Below are positions 35,325 through 49,110 of a DNA stretch of 50,000 nt, piece after piece. Under the pieces are notes generated by a model, which saw only the letters and a list, made by a program, of their open reading frames with translations, was not told where the DNA came from and searched no databases. The stretch is from Chiloscyllium plagiosum (taxonomy: Eukaryota). Positions within the stretch are counted from its first letter, which is position 1. Each line of letters starts with the position of its first letter. The stretch spans positions 1 through 50,000 of the forward strand of contig NW_025214742.1 of NCBI RefSeq assembly GCF_004010195.1, read 5' to 3'. Made by a program: the position numbers and the translations under genes.

Positions 35325-38300
35325 ATGGCTAGCCATTTGCTTAGGTGATGCACCTGGAATGTCAAGGGAAGTAATTCACCAATCAAAAGGAAAAATATAT
35401 TATAAAGTCTCAAAAAAAAAAGGGTCTTACAGGACACACATCTACTTGACAAAGAACATTTAAAGCTACAACAGAGTGGATTTGATCAGGCTTTTTTCTC
35501 ATCTTTCAGTTCAAAAAATAGGAGAGTAGCCATTCTTATTCGGAAGAATCTTCCTTTCCAAATGTTAACCCAGATAAAAGATGAGTCTGGACGGAATATT
35601 TTGATCAAAGCCCTAATACATAGTCATAGAGTCACAGCATGGAAACAGACCCTTCAGTCCAACTCGTCCATGCCAGCCAGATATCCCAACCCAATCTAGT
35701 CCCACCTGACAGCACCCGGCCCATATCCTTCCAATCTCTTCCTATTCATATAGCCATCTAGATGCCTCTTGGAGAGGAATATGGAATTTTGAATCTTTAT
35801 TGCCCCCCAGTGCATCCCTTTTAAATTTGTAACACAGCGTTCTCTAAGTTGATGACTTTTGAAGTCTGCCATACAATTATAGGAGGAGATTTTAACTATA
35901 TTATGGACTCTGAGACAGATGGGATACCTAAGAGCATGACAGGTATATCTTTGACATCTAGACAACTGGCAGATCTGAATAAGGAGCTCGGGCTAGTGGA
36001 TGTACGGAGGTGCCTTCACCCCCAGGGCAGAGACTTTACTTTCTACTCTAACCCACACAAGTAACATACCAGAATTGATGTTTTCTTGACCTCTTGACCC
36101 TTTTGAATTCCATACTGTCTTGTAAAATAGGTAATATAGCTATTTCTGATCATGCTGCAGTATATATGGAAGCCAAGATTAGGGATGATGGGATAGGCCC
36201 CTGACATTGGCGTAATGATCCCTTCTTATTGAAGGATAGCAAGTTTATGAAGTGTTTTTCACAGGAATTCAAAACCTTCTGGGAAATTAATTCAGGTATG
36301 GCCTGTAACCCATCGATGATGTGGGAGACCACTAAGGCATATGTGTGAGGTTTGGTCATCTCATATTTTGTGACCTGGAAAAGACCAAAAGGAAAGCAGC
36401 AGCACCTGCTCAAGGCACACTTGAAGGCAGCGTATGTTGATAGGTCCTCCATTACTAAGCTACAAAGGATCACAGCCCTAAGGGCAGCCTTGAATACCGC
36501 ACTTAACCAAACATCAAAGAGGGAAACATTATTCGCAAAGCAGAGATTATTTGAATATGGCGACAAGCCTGGCAGATACCTAGCATACCTTACTAGAAAG
36601 AAAAAGGCTCTTCAAGCCATTACGTGCATTAGAGAAAGTGCTGTTACTCTGACTTGTGATCATAAAAAGATCAATACAGCCTTTCGAAAGTTCTATTTTG
36701 AACTATATAAATCACAGGACTGAGAGGATAGATCTGGGAAGATGGAATCCTTCTTTAAAAATTTGGCCCATCCAAGCTTAACCTCTGAGCAGGTGTCGAT
36801 CTTAAATGCCCCCCTGACAACCCAGGAGGTATTCAATGCGATTAGGCAGCTTCAGAGTGGCAAAGAGCCTGGACCAGATGGATTCCAGGTTGAGTTTTAT
36901 AAAGAATTTATAGGGGAACTGGCCGGGTCACTCATAAATATGTACAATTACTCGCACAGTCAGGGCTGTCTCCCGCCTTCGTTGAGAGAAGCAAACACCC
37001 CTCTTACTCTTAAGGGAAAGGCCCTAGAAGATTACTCATCATATAGACCCATATTCTTACTAAATGTGGATTTCAAAATTCTTTCCAAAATGTTAGCATT
37101 AAGATTGGGGAGGGTCTTAACATACATCAAAAGAGGACCAGACGGGGTTTATAAAGGGCTGCAGGTCAACTAATAACACTAGAAGTGTCTTAAATATGAT
37201 ACAAGCCTGTAACAGGGAACAATACTGGCTTTAGTTGTCTCCTTGGATGCAGAGAAGGCATTTGATCGGGTAGAATGGCCATATCTTTTCTATACACTGG
37301 AAAGGTTCGGTGTTGGAGAGAGATTTACTAAATGGGTTTCAGTATTATATAATCCCAAAGCAGCGGTGATCACCAATGGTTTAAGCTCGGATAGTTTTAG
37401 TGTTAGCAGGAGTTGTCAGCAGGGATTTCTTCTTTCTCCAATATTGTTCACGCTAGCGATTAAACCACTGGAGGAAGCTATACGAACTGACCCTAATGTA
37501 GCAGCTCTGAGGGTTGGATCGGGCAAACATAAAATCACTCTATATGCAATGATGTCGTCCTCCCCTTAAGTGATCCTTTGATAACGGTGCCCCGTCTAAT
37601 CCAAGTGATCAATTTATTTGGGATGTTCTCGGGCTATAAAATTAATTTTGTGAAATCTGAGGCATGTGCCGTTGGGAGGTCTTGTCAGTGTATCCAATTT
37701 ACCAGACAGATCTTGCTTTCCCTTTCAGTGGTCACAAAAAGGTTTTCTGTACTTAATTATTTTTATCACCCCAGTATTTGGTCAGCTGTATAAAGCTAAT
37801 TTTGTGCACTTATTAGAGAAAGTAAGACAGGACCTTCAACGCTGGGGAGATCTCCCAATATCCTGGTTAGGCAAAGTAGCCTAGTTAAGATGAATGTCCT
37901 ACCTCATCTTCTATATCCTATGAGAATGCTCCCCTTGACGCTGCCGAGACAGGCGTTGCATTAGCATTATGGCTGGCTTGGCTCCTTTATTTGGAATCAT
38001 AAACTGCCCCTTATCAAATTAGAAAAGCTGCAGCTCCCTCAAGCAAGGGGAGGATTGGACTTTCCAGACTTTACGAGGTATCAATTGAGCTCCTTATTAT
38101 CTTATGTAGCTGATTGGGGGTCACAAGAGACCCAATCTGGTTAGATATTGAGACCTCTCAAGCAAAATGTCCCCTCATCAATCTTTTGTTTATGGACAAG
38201 ATGAGAACTATTATGGACTACTGTAAAAAACATATTGTATTAAATACAATTAAAGCCTGGAGGATAATGTGGCAAGATGAGGGTAACCTTCAAAAAAACC

Positions 38301-39554
38301 TCCCTTATATTCCTATAGTGGGAGCACCGGGATTTCAGCTGGGGTGACAGATGCTACATTTAACTTGGAAGTCTAGAGGTATCTCCTGCTTGGGAGACCT
38401 GTTCGATGGGGAGGTTATGATGTCCTTTGAGCAGTTGCACCAGAAGTTTGGACTGCCTATCAGGGACCTTTTTTTGGTATTTACAAATAAGCGATTGTAT
38501 ACAAAAGAAGATCACACTGATAATTAACCCATACAAATCTGATAGGGAAAGGAGAGTGCTATGGCCAATGGGGCCCCCCCTCGGTTAGTATTCTTTATCA
38601 CTCATTATATAATAAAGTATCCAAGGACATGAATGATTATTTAAAACCTGGAATCAAGAATTAGGGCTGGAAGTCTCATTAGAAATGTGGGAGGACATCT
38701 GGGGAAAATGCCCGAAAGATCTCTATCTGTAATGGAACTCCGGCAATTCAATTAAAGATATTCATAGGGGTAATGTGGCACCTGAACGACTTGCAAAATT
38801 CAAGGTAAGAGCATTTCCAATGTGTCCTAAATGTAAAATAGAAGTTGGCACACTCACGCATTGTCTATGGATGTTCCATAAGATCCGTAGGTATTGGGAC
38901 AGAGTAGCGAATGCCTTGACAGAGATCTTGGCTACGGGGATTAGATTGGATCCAGTGTCCCTGATTTTGGGCTCTTCAGATTTTCCCTCCCTGGATGTGT
39001 ACGGGAGAAAATTATTTACCATTCTTTCTTTCTTTCTGTGCAAGGAAAAAAAGTTTAATGAATTGAGTAGCTGAAGGCCCTCCAGGATTTTCGAAGTGGC
39101 AGAGGTTAGTCATGGAATATATCCTCCTTGACTTCCTCACAAATATGGTGCGCCAAAAAACGGAATTATTCTATAAAACATGGCAGCCCTTTTTGAACTA
39201 CATCGACACCGATATTTCGGCCATACTGTCCAGGGCTCTTGTTTAGCTGTGGTAATGGTTCAGGCTGGTTCGAGGACCCCCGGGAGGAGGAATTCCGTAT
39301 AAATACAGGTTTCATTATGACTTGATGTAAATCTATTTTAAAGCATGTATATAGTTATTTAATAATTTTGTTTATTGCTAGTTAATGAATGATATTCTAT
39401 TTTATGTTTTAGCTTGTAGGATAGATTAAAGAGTAGTTGGGTTTTTCTTTTTTGGTTTTATTTATTTTTTTACATTGATGTTTATACTTTGTATTACTTT
39501 TGTAATTTTGTAAAAAATTTTAAATTTTCTTTTCAAGAATAATAAATTAAAAAA
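35325..39554 (+). mobile_element. L1-clade LINE: near-complete but disabled ORF2, 3' UTR and poly(A) end
   Basis: TWNVKG, IIGGDFN, SDHA, PGPDGF, YRPIFLLNVDFKIL, DAEKAFDRVEW, zinc finger CPKC..HCLW; stop ~39246; T-rich UTR; AATAAA 39541-39546 plus A-tail. HER1 tail inserted at 35622-35770. Confidence 0.93.
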
Positions 39555-41417
39555 TGAGCCATTACCTGGTCACAAGTTGGTCAGTGCTCATCTTGAGTTC
39601 ACAAGGTGCAAATTCTCTCTGGTTATGGGAAAACTGTCTGTTTTTATTAAATGTAAGATTGAAGTTTAATTGTAGTGCCTTTTGCTCTTTCATATGAACG
39701 GCAGATGGATCTTGGTCTGTAAATTGGCTTAGTTGCAAATTATTATTAGTTTAACCCATGTGTACAGGACAGACTTCAGCAATTCACCAAAGCTTCTTTG
39801 ATATCACCTTTTCAAACCTGCAACCCCTACCACCATGAAAGACGAGGACAACAAATGCACAGGAACACCGATACTTGCAGGTTTCCACGTCAATCAAACA
39901 GTATCCTTACTTGAAGCTATATCGCAGTTTCTTCACAGCATTGTGTTGTGCCACTCCTCGGCCCATTGGCCCAGTTAACCACGATCCTTTTGTAATCTTA
40001 GACAACTTCCTTCACTGTGCACTATACCACCAGTTTTGCTGTCATCCAGAAACTTACTAACCATGCTTTGTACGTTCTCATCCAAACATTTATATAAATG
40101 AGATTGGACACTGTGTTGGCATTGCAAGTGGTGTTGGTCTAAGAATTTTTTAAAAATCAGTTGAATTCATGCTGAGAATGGGAATAGATCCATTCTGTAA
40201 AAATATAGATTAAATATTTACATTTGGAAAGCATCTACCCTAATAGCTCCTTGCATGATAGTGTCAAATTTTGTTTTATAATACTTCTGAGAAGCACCTT
40301 GCATTTGTTTTTGAGTGCAAGTTGACCACAACCGTTCAGGATTAAGAAGATTGCTGAGAACAGTAACTGTCACTGCTGGCACCACCAGTTGATTAGACTT
40401 GCAAAGGAGTTTTCCTTCTGGTAGTTCTCAATCTTATTCACGTTGGTAGCAGAGCCTGTTTAATATTTGGCTAGTAAGTATGTCACAAGATGCAGAGATA
40501 ATTAAAAACACAGCTGAAAAACTGTCTTTGACATCAAAATAAGATAGAACAACACGTGAAAAGCTTCACGAACAATTAGGAAAGGTTTCCACCTCAGTGC
40601 ATTGATGGTGTATGCATGATTGTATAACAGTCAGATTCATTTTAGAAACAAAGACTTTGATGTAAAACAAGATGCTCTGGTAGCAGTGTGAATTGCATTA
40701 CTTGATTGATACAGTCTGAAATCCTAAAGTGGATTTACACTTGCAGGACTGTCTTCATTTTTTTAACTTGAGTAATACATACATTTCAGGACATTGACAA
40801 AACCAAACCTTTGCAGATGTATTTTAATCTTATTTTCTTTTAAACTATGCTCGCAATTAATTCATCTAAAATCTGATGTATCCTGTCCATAAAGATGTAC
40901 CACAGATACAAGAAATTCAGTCAAAAGAGAAGGTGCTAGAAAAAGGTTGGTCACTTTTCTGGAGAGAGCAGATGTTTCGGATATGAACATTGATCAGAGC
41001 TGTAAATTAGATATTTAACACTGGTTTTCTAAATATTAATAGTTCAAACACAGGGAAAGAATAGTTGTGGAAAAACAAATTAGTTAGATGACCAATTGGT
41101 GATAACCTGAGCTAATTTGAAAAATTATAGCACATCAACTGGAAGCAAATTCAGTGTCTTATGTCCAGCATGTTAACATAGGATAGTATTAACTGTTCAT
41201 CACATCATGCTTTCAGTGTTTCCTGATGGCTGCTGTTTAGTTCTGAAAGGGCTAATGCTGGGAATTTTATTAAGCTTTACCCAAAAGGTGCCATATGATT
41301 TGGGTGGAAAAACAGCTCTGCATTTCAAAGAAGGTGATTTTGTCATGTAGGTTTCAAGTCTTAAAATTCTAACTATCATATCAATGAAATGTGTGCCTAA
41401 TAGATGAGATACCAGAT

Positions 41418-41590
41418 GAAGTGGTGGAGCCTGTACAATTGCAATATTTGAGGCATCTGGATGGGTATATGAATAGGAAGGGTTTGGAGGGATATGGGCT
41501 GGGTGCTGGCAGGTGGGACTAGATTTGGTTGGGATATCAGTCAGCATGGACAAGTAGGACCAAAGGGTCTGTTTCTATGCTGAACAGCAC
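41418..41590 (+). mobile_element. HER1 LINE 3' tail
   Basis: Matches 2545-2700. Confidence 0.9.
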
Positions 41591-41593
41591 AGT

Positions 41594-41907
41594 GGGCGGC
41601 ACAGTGGCACAGTGGTTAGCACTGCTCCTCACAGCACCAGAGACCCGTGTTCAATTCCCACCTCTGGCAACTGTGTGGAGTTTGCACATTCTCCCCGTGT
41701 CTGCGTGGGTTTCCTCCGGGTGCTCTGGTTTCCTCCCACAGTCCCAAAATGTGCAGGTTAGGTGAATTGGCAATGCTAAATTGCCTATAGTGCTAGGTGC
41801 AGGGGTAAATGTAGGGGAATGGGTCTGGGTGGGTTGTGCTTCTGCGGGTCGGTGTGGACTTGTTGGGCCGTAGGGCCTGTTTCCACACTGTGTAAGTAAT
41901 CTAATCT
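41594..41907 (+). mobile_element. Full-length HE1 SINE
   Basis: tRNA-derived head (TGGCACAGTGG; GTTCAATTCC), central GTTTGCACATTCTCCCCGTGTCTGCGTGGGTTTCCTCCGGGTGCTC domain, LINE-like tail GGGCCTGTTTCCACACTGT, TAATC repeats. Confidence 0.95.
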
Positions 41908-42779
41908 ATGACTCTCTCTCTATGTAATTAACTACATCTTAAGACCAAAGCTGCCTGTCTTTAGTCCACCTTGTTGCATTCCTCCAACACACTTGAGATT
42001 GACAGAGCATACTTTGTTGATTCCAACCCAAAGGATAGTACCTGCAAACCTATCTTATGGTAACCAAGTGTCCAGCTAGTTCGTACAATGTGCTAAACAG
42101 TGGTAAGGATCCATCGTACTACACTACTCTACTGTGAAAAGAGATGGGTGCAGAAATCTAGAGCTGTAACTGAGCACAAGGCACGTTTAGTCTGCTGGTG
42201 TGTGGTTACACCCTGGTGTTCGTGAATCAGACCCCCCCCCCCCCCAATTGGTGGTAAATAGATTGTCTGCTTGTGGGTATCTTGGTGGAGGGAAAAAGCT
42301 AAGGGAGTAAATGCTGACTATCCTTCAGGACTCCAGCCTGGATTTGATTTGGAAAGTCAATTATCATGCAGCTTTGTCATCTGCAGCAGAGCATTATTAT
42401 TTTCATAATTTTCTTAGTATTAGACAAAGATGTGAACCCAGATACTTGAACAATATAGGACCTCTATACCATTTGTTCAGGCCTGGATCCTGTGGAGGAC
42501 ACCGCCCATGTGGTCTACTTTTGGCACAACTCGAGCAGCAGTTGCTAGTTACAAGCCCTCATTCAGCTTGTCTACAATATGAGCACCAGGGGTTGCATTT
42601 AAGAGAAAAAGATTATGTATCATTGGATAGCAACTGCTCACTCTGAGCTGGGTAGACTTTAGTCAACTAGGTACATGCTTGAATGGGTTCTTCAAGCTTA
42701 GTCATCTTATGATAGGTGGTTTGCTGATCTATGCGCTAAGTAGAACCAACTCAGCCAAGAAGATTCAAGTCTTTCACAT

Positions 42780-42985
42780 TGCAAGTGGGAATACCCTACA
42801 GGTTGACAATGCATTTAAGACAACTGTAGTTGAGCCTTGAATGTTCTTTCTCCATGTGGATGTCTCCACTGTACAAGAAACTTGGCTGCCTCAAAGTAGA
42901 TGCCTTTAAAGAGAAACACAACATTTTTGGGAGGGGAAAATCCCCAAAGGCAAGTTATGGAATAGATCTGGCAGTTAATTACTTT
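42780..42985 (+). mobile_element. Ancient RTE-like endonuclease remnant
   Basis: Across frames VDVSTVQETWL..EKH.IF..GKSP..YGIDLAV, resembling the RTE pattern LQETRL..YTFFW.GK..GVGFAV. Confidence 0.45.
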
Positions 42986-44507
42986 GTACGCGGCCACACC
43001 CCCTCCTCTGCCCCGGCAACCAAGAAGATTCCGATTTCTTATTGTTTGCTTGCCAACCGCATGGGCTTAGTTAATCTCATTCATCTCTGTCCTGACACTT
43101 GATGTTTTTCTATTGGATATCAGCCTTCCTGGCAAGGACAGCATTTGTTGCCCATTCCTAATTGGTCTTAAACTGAGCGGCATGTTAGGTCACTTCAGAG
43201 GTTGAGACAAACACTACTGTGGTTCTGAAGCAAGATGTAGGCCAGGCTGGATAAGGAGGGCAGATTTCCTTCTAAGTATAATGATTGAACCAGATGCCAT
43301 AATGGCAGATTAATGGCATCATTAAAAACCTGAGAGGAAAAAAAGTCACCTTTTTAAGGTAGTGGAAATATAATGGCTGATTGTCATCAAAACCTCCTGT
43401 TGTCCTTGCTTGGTCTAGTCCACATGTGGCTCCCAAACTCTCAGCAATGTGGCTGACTCCTAACCTCCACCCAGGGTAATTCGGAATAAATGAAAAATAG
43501 ATTATTTTACCTATAATTATCCTGTAAAATTCACTGCAAATTTTTAATTTCTGACCTTGCACCCTATTCTTTTAAACAACTCAGTTAACCATTTTAAAGG
43601 GAGCCTGTTTTACTTTGTAACATTTTACAGCTTGTTTACTATTCTTTCCTGTGTTTTTTATCTCATCCTTTCATTCTGTTTTTACACTGTTTATCTGTAA
43701 TGCCGTTTAAATTTACCAAGGATCCCCACCCACAAAATTAATTCGTCTGTTATTGTAGATACCAATTGACCTGCATGTTTCTAGAATGAAGTTGTGTGGC
43801 TCATGCAATATTTTATCTTTGCATCTGTCCTATTTGTGTCTCTGGGCTCTATTTGGAGTCCAACCAGCTTTACTGATTCAATTAGCTTTACATAGCTAAC
43901 GTTTGTATGCAGTTGATCTTTATTAAATGTAAGGTGTGGTGTTTCAATTTGACAGGCTTTGGCAAGTTTTGTAATAAATGATTTGTCTTGAGCTGAAATT
44001 CACTTGAAAATATTTACTTCAGTGGACGTACGCTCTGAGTGTAGAAGCTTTTTTTGCATAATCTTGAAGAGACATAGTATATTACACATGATCTTCACTA
44101 ACTGTGACTGTAAACATAAAATTACATGGAACCTACAACACAGAAGTACGTTTGGCCCAAAGGGTCTGCATCAGTGGTAGTCCTCCATGTAAATTTTACC
44201 CATCTTAATTTATGTAATAACTTAATATTTCATGTCCTATTTTACTTTCTCTTAAATCCATCCTTGCTATTCCAGTTTCAAACCAACTTCCAGGTAGAGA
44301 GGTTACTTCTGAATTCCTTTATTGGATTTATTGACCTGGTCAAACTGGCAAATAATTTTTTAAAAGCTGCTCTTCGGTTAACCTCTGGCCATCTCTTGTA
44401 AGGAAAAGAGACCAACTTGTTCAGTCTGTCTTAGTTGTAACCTCTGAGTCCTGGTATTGTAAATGAGAATGGTATCAAGCTATATCTCTGCCAGATTGTT
44501 TGAGTAG

Positions 44508-44700
44508 CCCGGTGGTTAGCATTGTTGCCTTTCAATGCCGGGAATCCAGGTTCAATTCCAGTCTTGGGCAACTCCCCTGGAGTTTGCATGTTCACTCAGT
44601 TTGTGCATATGTTTTCGCTGGGAGCTCTGGCTTCCTCCCACAGTCCACAAAGAAAGGGAAGGTGGATTAATGTGCTAAAAAGAGAATTGCCCATTGCACT
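44508..44700 (+). mobile_element. Degenerate HE1-type SINE 5' half
   Basis: GTGGTTAGCATTG..GGTTCAATTCC..GGAGTTTGCATGTTC..TTCCTCCCACAGTCC. Confidence 0.8.
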
Positions 44701-45627
44701 AATCTTATACCCCACCCCCCCTCCCCAAACACCTGCCTCATTTTCCATTAGCCATATTTAAAGTCCAATCCACCTTTTCTGAGAGCCAGCCAGTCACTTG
44801 CACCAAACAGACTGAGTTTGGAGTTGCATTTGAAATTTAAAATACATTTGCTTTTCACTTGAGTAATCCATCTATTCCTGGGAATGAAAAGAACTCCCTA
44901 TGTCCCTTCAGCTCTGAGTTGCACAGCAAGTTTAAGCTGAGAGAGTATCTGTTTATTTCTGATTTACAATAAATATTCAATAGCAGTCCAGCACACTTTT
45001 TTTTTTCTTGCCTGCAAGCTGCAGTGTTTAATATACTGCTGTCACCTGAGAGGGTTATTGAGAGTTTGCATTTATCATTCTCACTGTGCACATCCAGGTA
45101 TTTCTAGAGAAGTCTCCTTTGTCTTAAGACTGCTATACTCGGGTGGTAATTCCTTTCATTCGTGTCTACAAAGGCATTTAATAACTGACAATCCCATGTT
45201 AAACCTGAAAAGAATATTTGCACTACAGAATAATCTTAAATGCATGGTCCATCATCTTCCCTGAGTGTTTGTGATTGTGGTTTTCTCATTACACAACCAC
45301 GTGGTATAGAAGGTGGGCCACACCATTAGCTTTGTTCTTGTACAATGATTTGTTCATGTGCCAGATGTCACTGCAGATTATGCAAAAAACTTGCATCGTT
45401 TGTACCCTCTGGATGATGTAAAGTGCTTCATGGATGGTATATCTTTGAAATGTCATCAGTGTTAGAATGTTTAAAAAAAGTAATCTATTTACTCAGGAGA
45501 ATCCTAAAGATGATTGATTAATCCAAACTATTTGCTAGTTTTGGTTGAGTGATGAAAATTACTTGGGACATTGGGAGAACTCCCCTCCCCACTTTTAAAT
45601 ACTGATCCTATCTGAAAGATGGTACTA

Positions 45628-47170
45628 AGGAATGATAGACCAGTGAGTCTGACATCAGTGGTGGGTAAGTTGTCAAAGGGGATTCTGAGAAGTAGGATTT
45701 ACAAGCATTTGTAGAGACAGGGATTGATTAGGGATGGTCAGCATAACTTTGTACATGGAACATCATGTCTGTCAAGCTTGAGTTGAGTTTTTTGAGGATG
45801 TAACCAAAAAGATTGGTAGAACAGTAGACATTGTCCACATTGACTTGAGTAAAGCCTCTGACTAGGTTCTGTATGGTATACTAGTTAAAGTCAGGTCGCA
45901 TGGGATTTGGGGAGAGCTTGTCAATTGAATTCAAAATTGGTTTGATGGTAGGAGTTAGAAGGTGGTAATGGTGAGCTGTTTTTCAGACTGAAGGCCTGTG
46001 ACCAGCAGTGTTCTACAGGGATCAGTGCTCAGTCTACTATTGTTCGTCATTTTATATTAACAACTTGGATGATAATTTAGGAAGCATGTTTAGTAAGTTT
46101 GCAGATGTCACCAAAATTGGTGTATAATTGACAGTAAATAAGGTTATCTAACATTACAAAGGGATCTTGATTAAGTGGGCTAATGAGCTGAGGAGTGGCA
46201 GATGGTATTCTTTTTGGATAAATGAGGTGTTGCGTTTTGGTAAATTGAACAAGGGCAGTTAATAGGGCCCTGGGAGGTAGTGTTGTTGAACAGAGACTTA
46301 GGGGTCCAGATACGTAGTTCTTTGAAAGTTGTCATGGTGGTTAAGCAGGCGTTTAGATGTCTGCCTTTATTGCTCAGACCATTGAGTTGGAACATCATGT
46401 TGAGGCTGTAAAGGGGACATTGAGGCCACTTTTGGAGCACTGTTTTAGATTAGATTCCCTACAGTGTGAAAACAGGCCATTTAGCCCAACAAGTCCATGC
46501 TGACCCTCTGAGTAATCCACCCAGACCCATTTCCCTCTGACTAATGCTAAATTACCCATATTGTTAGGTGCATGGCCAATTCATCTGACCTGCACATCTT
46601 TGGACTGTGGGAGGAAACCCACGCAGACACCGGGATGACGTCCAAACTTAGTCACCCAAGGCTTGATTCGAACCTGGGTCCCTGGTACTGAGGTTCCCTT
46701 GCTATAGGAAGGATTTTATTAAATTGAAAGGATTCAGAATAGATTTACTGGGATGTTGCCAGGACTGGAGGGTTTGAATTATAAGGGGAAAGTAGATAGG
46801 CTGGGACATTTTCACTGGAGTTTAGGAGGTTGAGGAGTGAGCTTAGATTTCTAGGGGCATGAATAGGGTGGATAGCAATGGTCTTTTCCCTCAAGTAGGG
46901 CAGTTGAAAACTAGGCTGCATATTTTTAAGGAAAAAGATTTAAAAGGTATCTCAAAGGTAACCTTTTCAATGGTTTGTATGTGTAATGAATCAGCAGACG
47001 AAGTGGTGGTAGATGCAGGTACAGTTAAATTTAAAAGACATTTGGACAGGTACGTGAATAGCAAAGGTTTAGATTGATATGGATCAAATGCAGACCAGTT
47101 TTTTGTTTTGAGAAGCTTGGTCAGCATGGACAATTTGGATCAAAGGGTCTGTTTCCATGCTGTATGATTT
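45628..47170 (+). mobile_element. CR1/HER1 RT-to-tail fragment with an HE1 SINE inserted in reverse (46446-46692)
   Basis: QGSVL, SKFAD, EQRDLGV and tail; SINE starts TAGATTAGATTCCCTACAGTGTG. Confidence 0.9.
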
Positions 47171-48457
47171 TATAACAGTACCTTACAGTCGATCTCTGGA
47201 GTGTCTTGAACTGTCGAACTTCGAACTTAGACAAGTGAGCTAGTACTAAGCCAAGATATCTGTAAATGTTTGTTCTAGTTGTGTGCTGTTGACTGAAACT
47301 TGTGTACAATTATTGTAGAACATCATTATAGTTTGTTTACCTCAGTTTAACTCCAGTTGAGAACTCCTGTCTCAAAAGAGACAAATTTGAGCTGTTAAAT
47401 TGAAGGCCAATGTTTAAGTTTTGAGATAATCAGTTTGTCAAAATAAACCCTCTAAATAATCTCATTTCCGAGTTTGAGTGGAGAAAGACTTTGTTCTAAA
47501 AGATTATGTACAGTATAATATGTTCCTGTTACTGCTACTCATCTTTGAGTTGTGTTTGGGTGATTTTCTGTTCGCATAAGGTCAGCTGCCTGTTGCTCTA
47601 TTTCAATTGTTGTATCACTCTGGCTTGCCTTCTCCAATTGAGGCAGATCCTGCTATGAACAATCCTCCAAATGACTACTTTTGCTATCTCTGTCATTGCT
47701 TCTGTTTGAAACATGGAAGATTTTCTGAGCTGGGATTTAGCCTTCAATAATTATTAAAGGTTTCTGCATTTGCGATCTGACTATTGCATTGAAAGGCAAA
47801 ATCGTATAAAGCAATCATCAAATCATAAATTACAGCACAACAGGCCATGTGGTATCAGAATACACAGTTGGATAAAGTCCATAGAATTTATTGTGCAAAT
47901 TTTGATTATTCAATGTTGGCCAGTTAGTATTTATTCCAGGATTTTGGATTTCCTAAAAGTGAAAAGTTAAGATGTTGAAGTTGTAACATCATGAGGTATC
48001 CAGGATTATTACCCTTTGATTTATACTCTGTCCATGTTCTTTGTGCATTACTTCACAATTCTTTGCATTGAACTTCATCTATCACCCATCTGCCCCATCT
48101 ACCAATTGTCTTTGTCGTTTTGAATACTTGTCATCTGGCAAATAGTAAACTCAAAACAGCACCCACCTCGTTGTTTAGAATGCTCCCAGGTTTTGTATCA
48201 TCCACAAAGTTTGAAATTACTTCCCACACCAAGATCAAGGTCACTTGTATATGTCAGGCAAGCCAAGCATTCAATTACTAACTGTTAAGGAATTCCATTG
48301 CAAATGTTCCCCAGCCCAAAATGAGGTTTAAACACAGCTCATCAGAACACACCAGTTGAGTAGCCTGGTTTAGCCAGAGAAATCAGTAATTCACATGCTC
48401 ATGAAAAGCGTTTGTAATGAGTGCTGAGGACATTGGGTTTTGTTTCTCACTCTTCAG

Positions 48458-48719
48458 CTGGGAAGAATTCAACCAAAATGTTCAGACAAGGAGTCTGACA
48501 GTACACAGTGGATGAGCCAAGCAAGTTTGTGGATATTGGGCTGTCTTCAGCACACACAATTAGGTTGCCCCACATCCCCTACTCATGGTGTCAATGATGA
48601 AGTGCAGCATACAGATGAGGAAGACAAGGGTCAAGGATTGGTCCACCCAGAAAACAGGATAAACTTTACTGGACTTGCAAGCTCTTCCTTACCTGTATCA
48701 ACCCTGGCTTACATTCGTG
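48458..48719 (+). other. Candidate internal exon (262 nt)
   Basis: Acceptor TTTGTTTCTCACTCTTCAG, donor G|GTAAGT, one frame open throughout; no protein recognised. Confidence 0.35.
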
Positions 48720-48729
48720 GTAAGTTTGC

Positions 48730-49110
48730 TTCTGAGTTCCCTCTCCATGATTTGAACACAAAAGGGCAGAAACTTCAATGTAGTAGTGGGAAGTGCTCCA
48801 TTGATTTATGGTCTCATATTTTGGAATGAGACATTAAACAGAGGCCCTTTCTGTCTATTCAGATGTAAAAGATCCCTTGGCCTTGTTTTGGGGAATAGGG
48901 AAAGCTAAACGTGGTAACCTAGCCAATGTTTATCCTGCAATCAAAATCGCAGAAAAAAAAGTTGGTAAATATTGTTGTTTTGAGTTTGCTATTTGCCAGA
49001 TGACCAGTATTTCCTACATTATAGCATTGGCAGCACTTCAAAAGTTCTTCATTGGCTGTAAAGCACATTGAGATATGAAAAACATTTTTTTCAATGCAAG
49101 TTTTTTTCCT
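48730..49110 (+). mobile_element. Deu-domain SINE (SacSINE1/AmnSINE1-like), old
   Basis: ATGAGACATTAAACAGAGGCCC..ATGTAAAAGATCCCTTGGC..GCCAATGTTTATCC and tail CACTTCAAAAGTTCTTCATTGGCTGTAAAGCAC..AATGCAAG. Confidence 0.75.

Noticed and set aside
41594..41665. tRNA-like sequence with A and B boxes
   Set aside because: It is the head of an HE1 SINE, not a tRNA gene; the same applies to 44508-44565.
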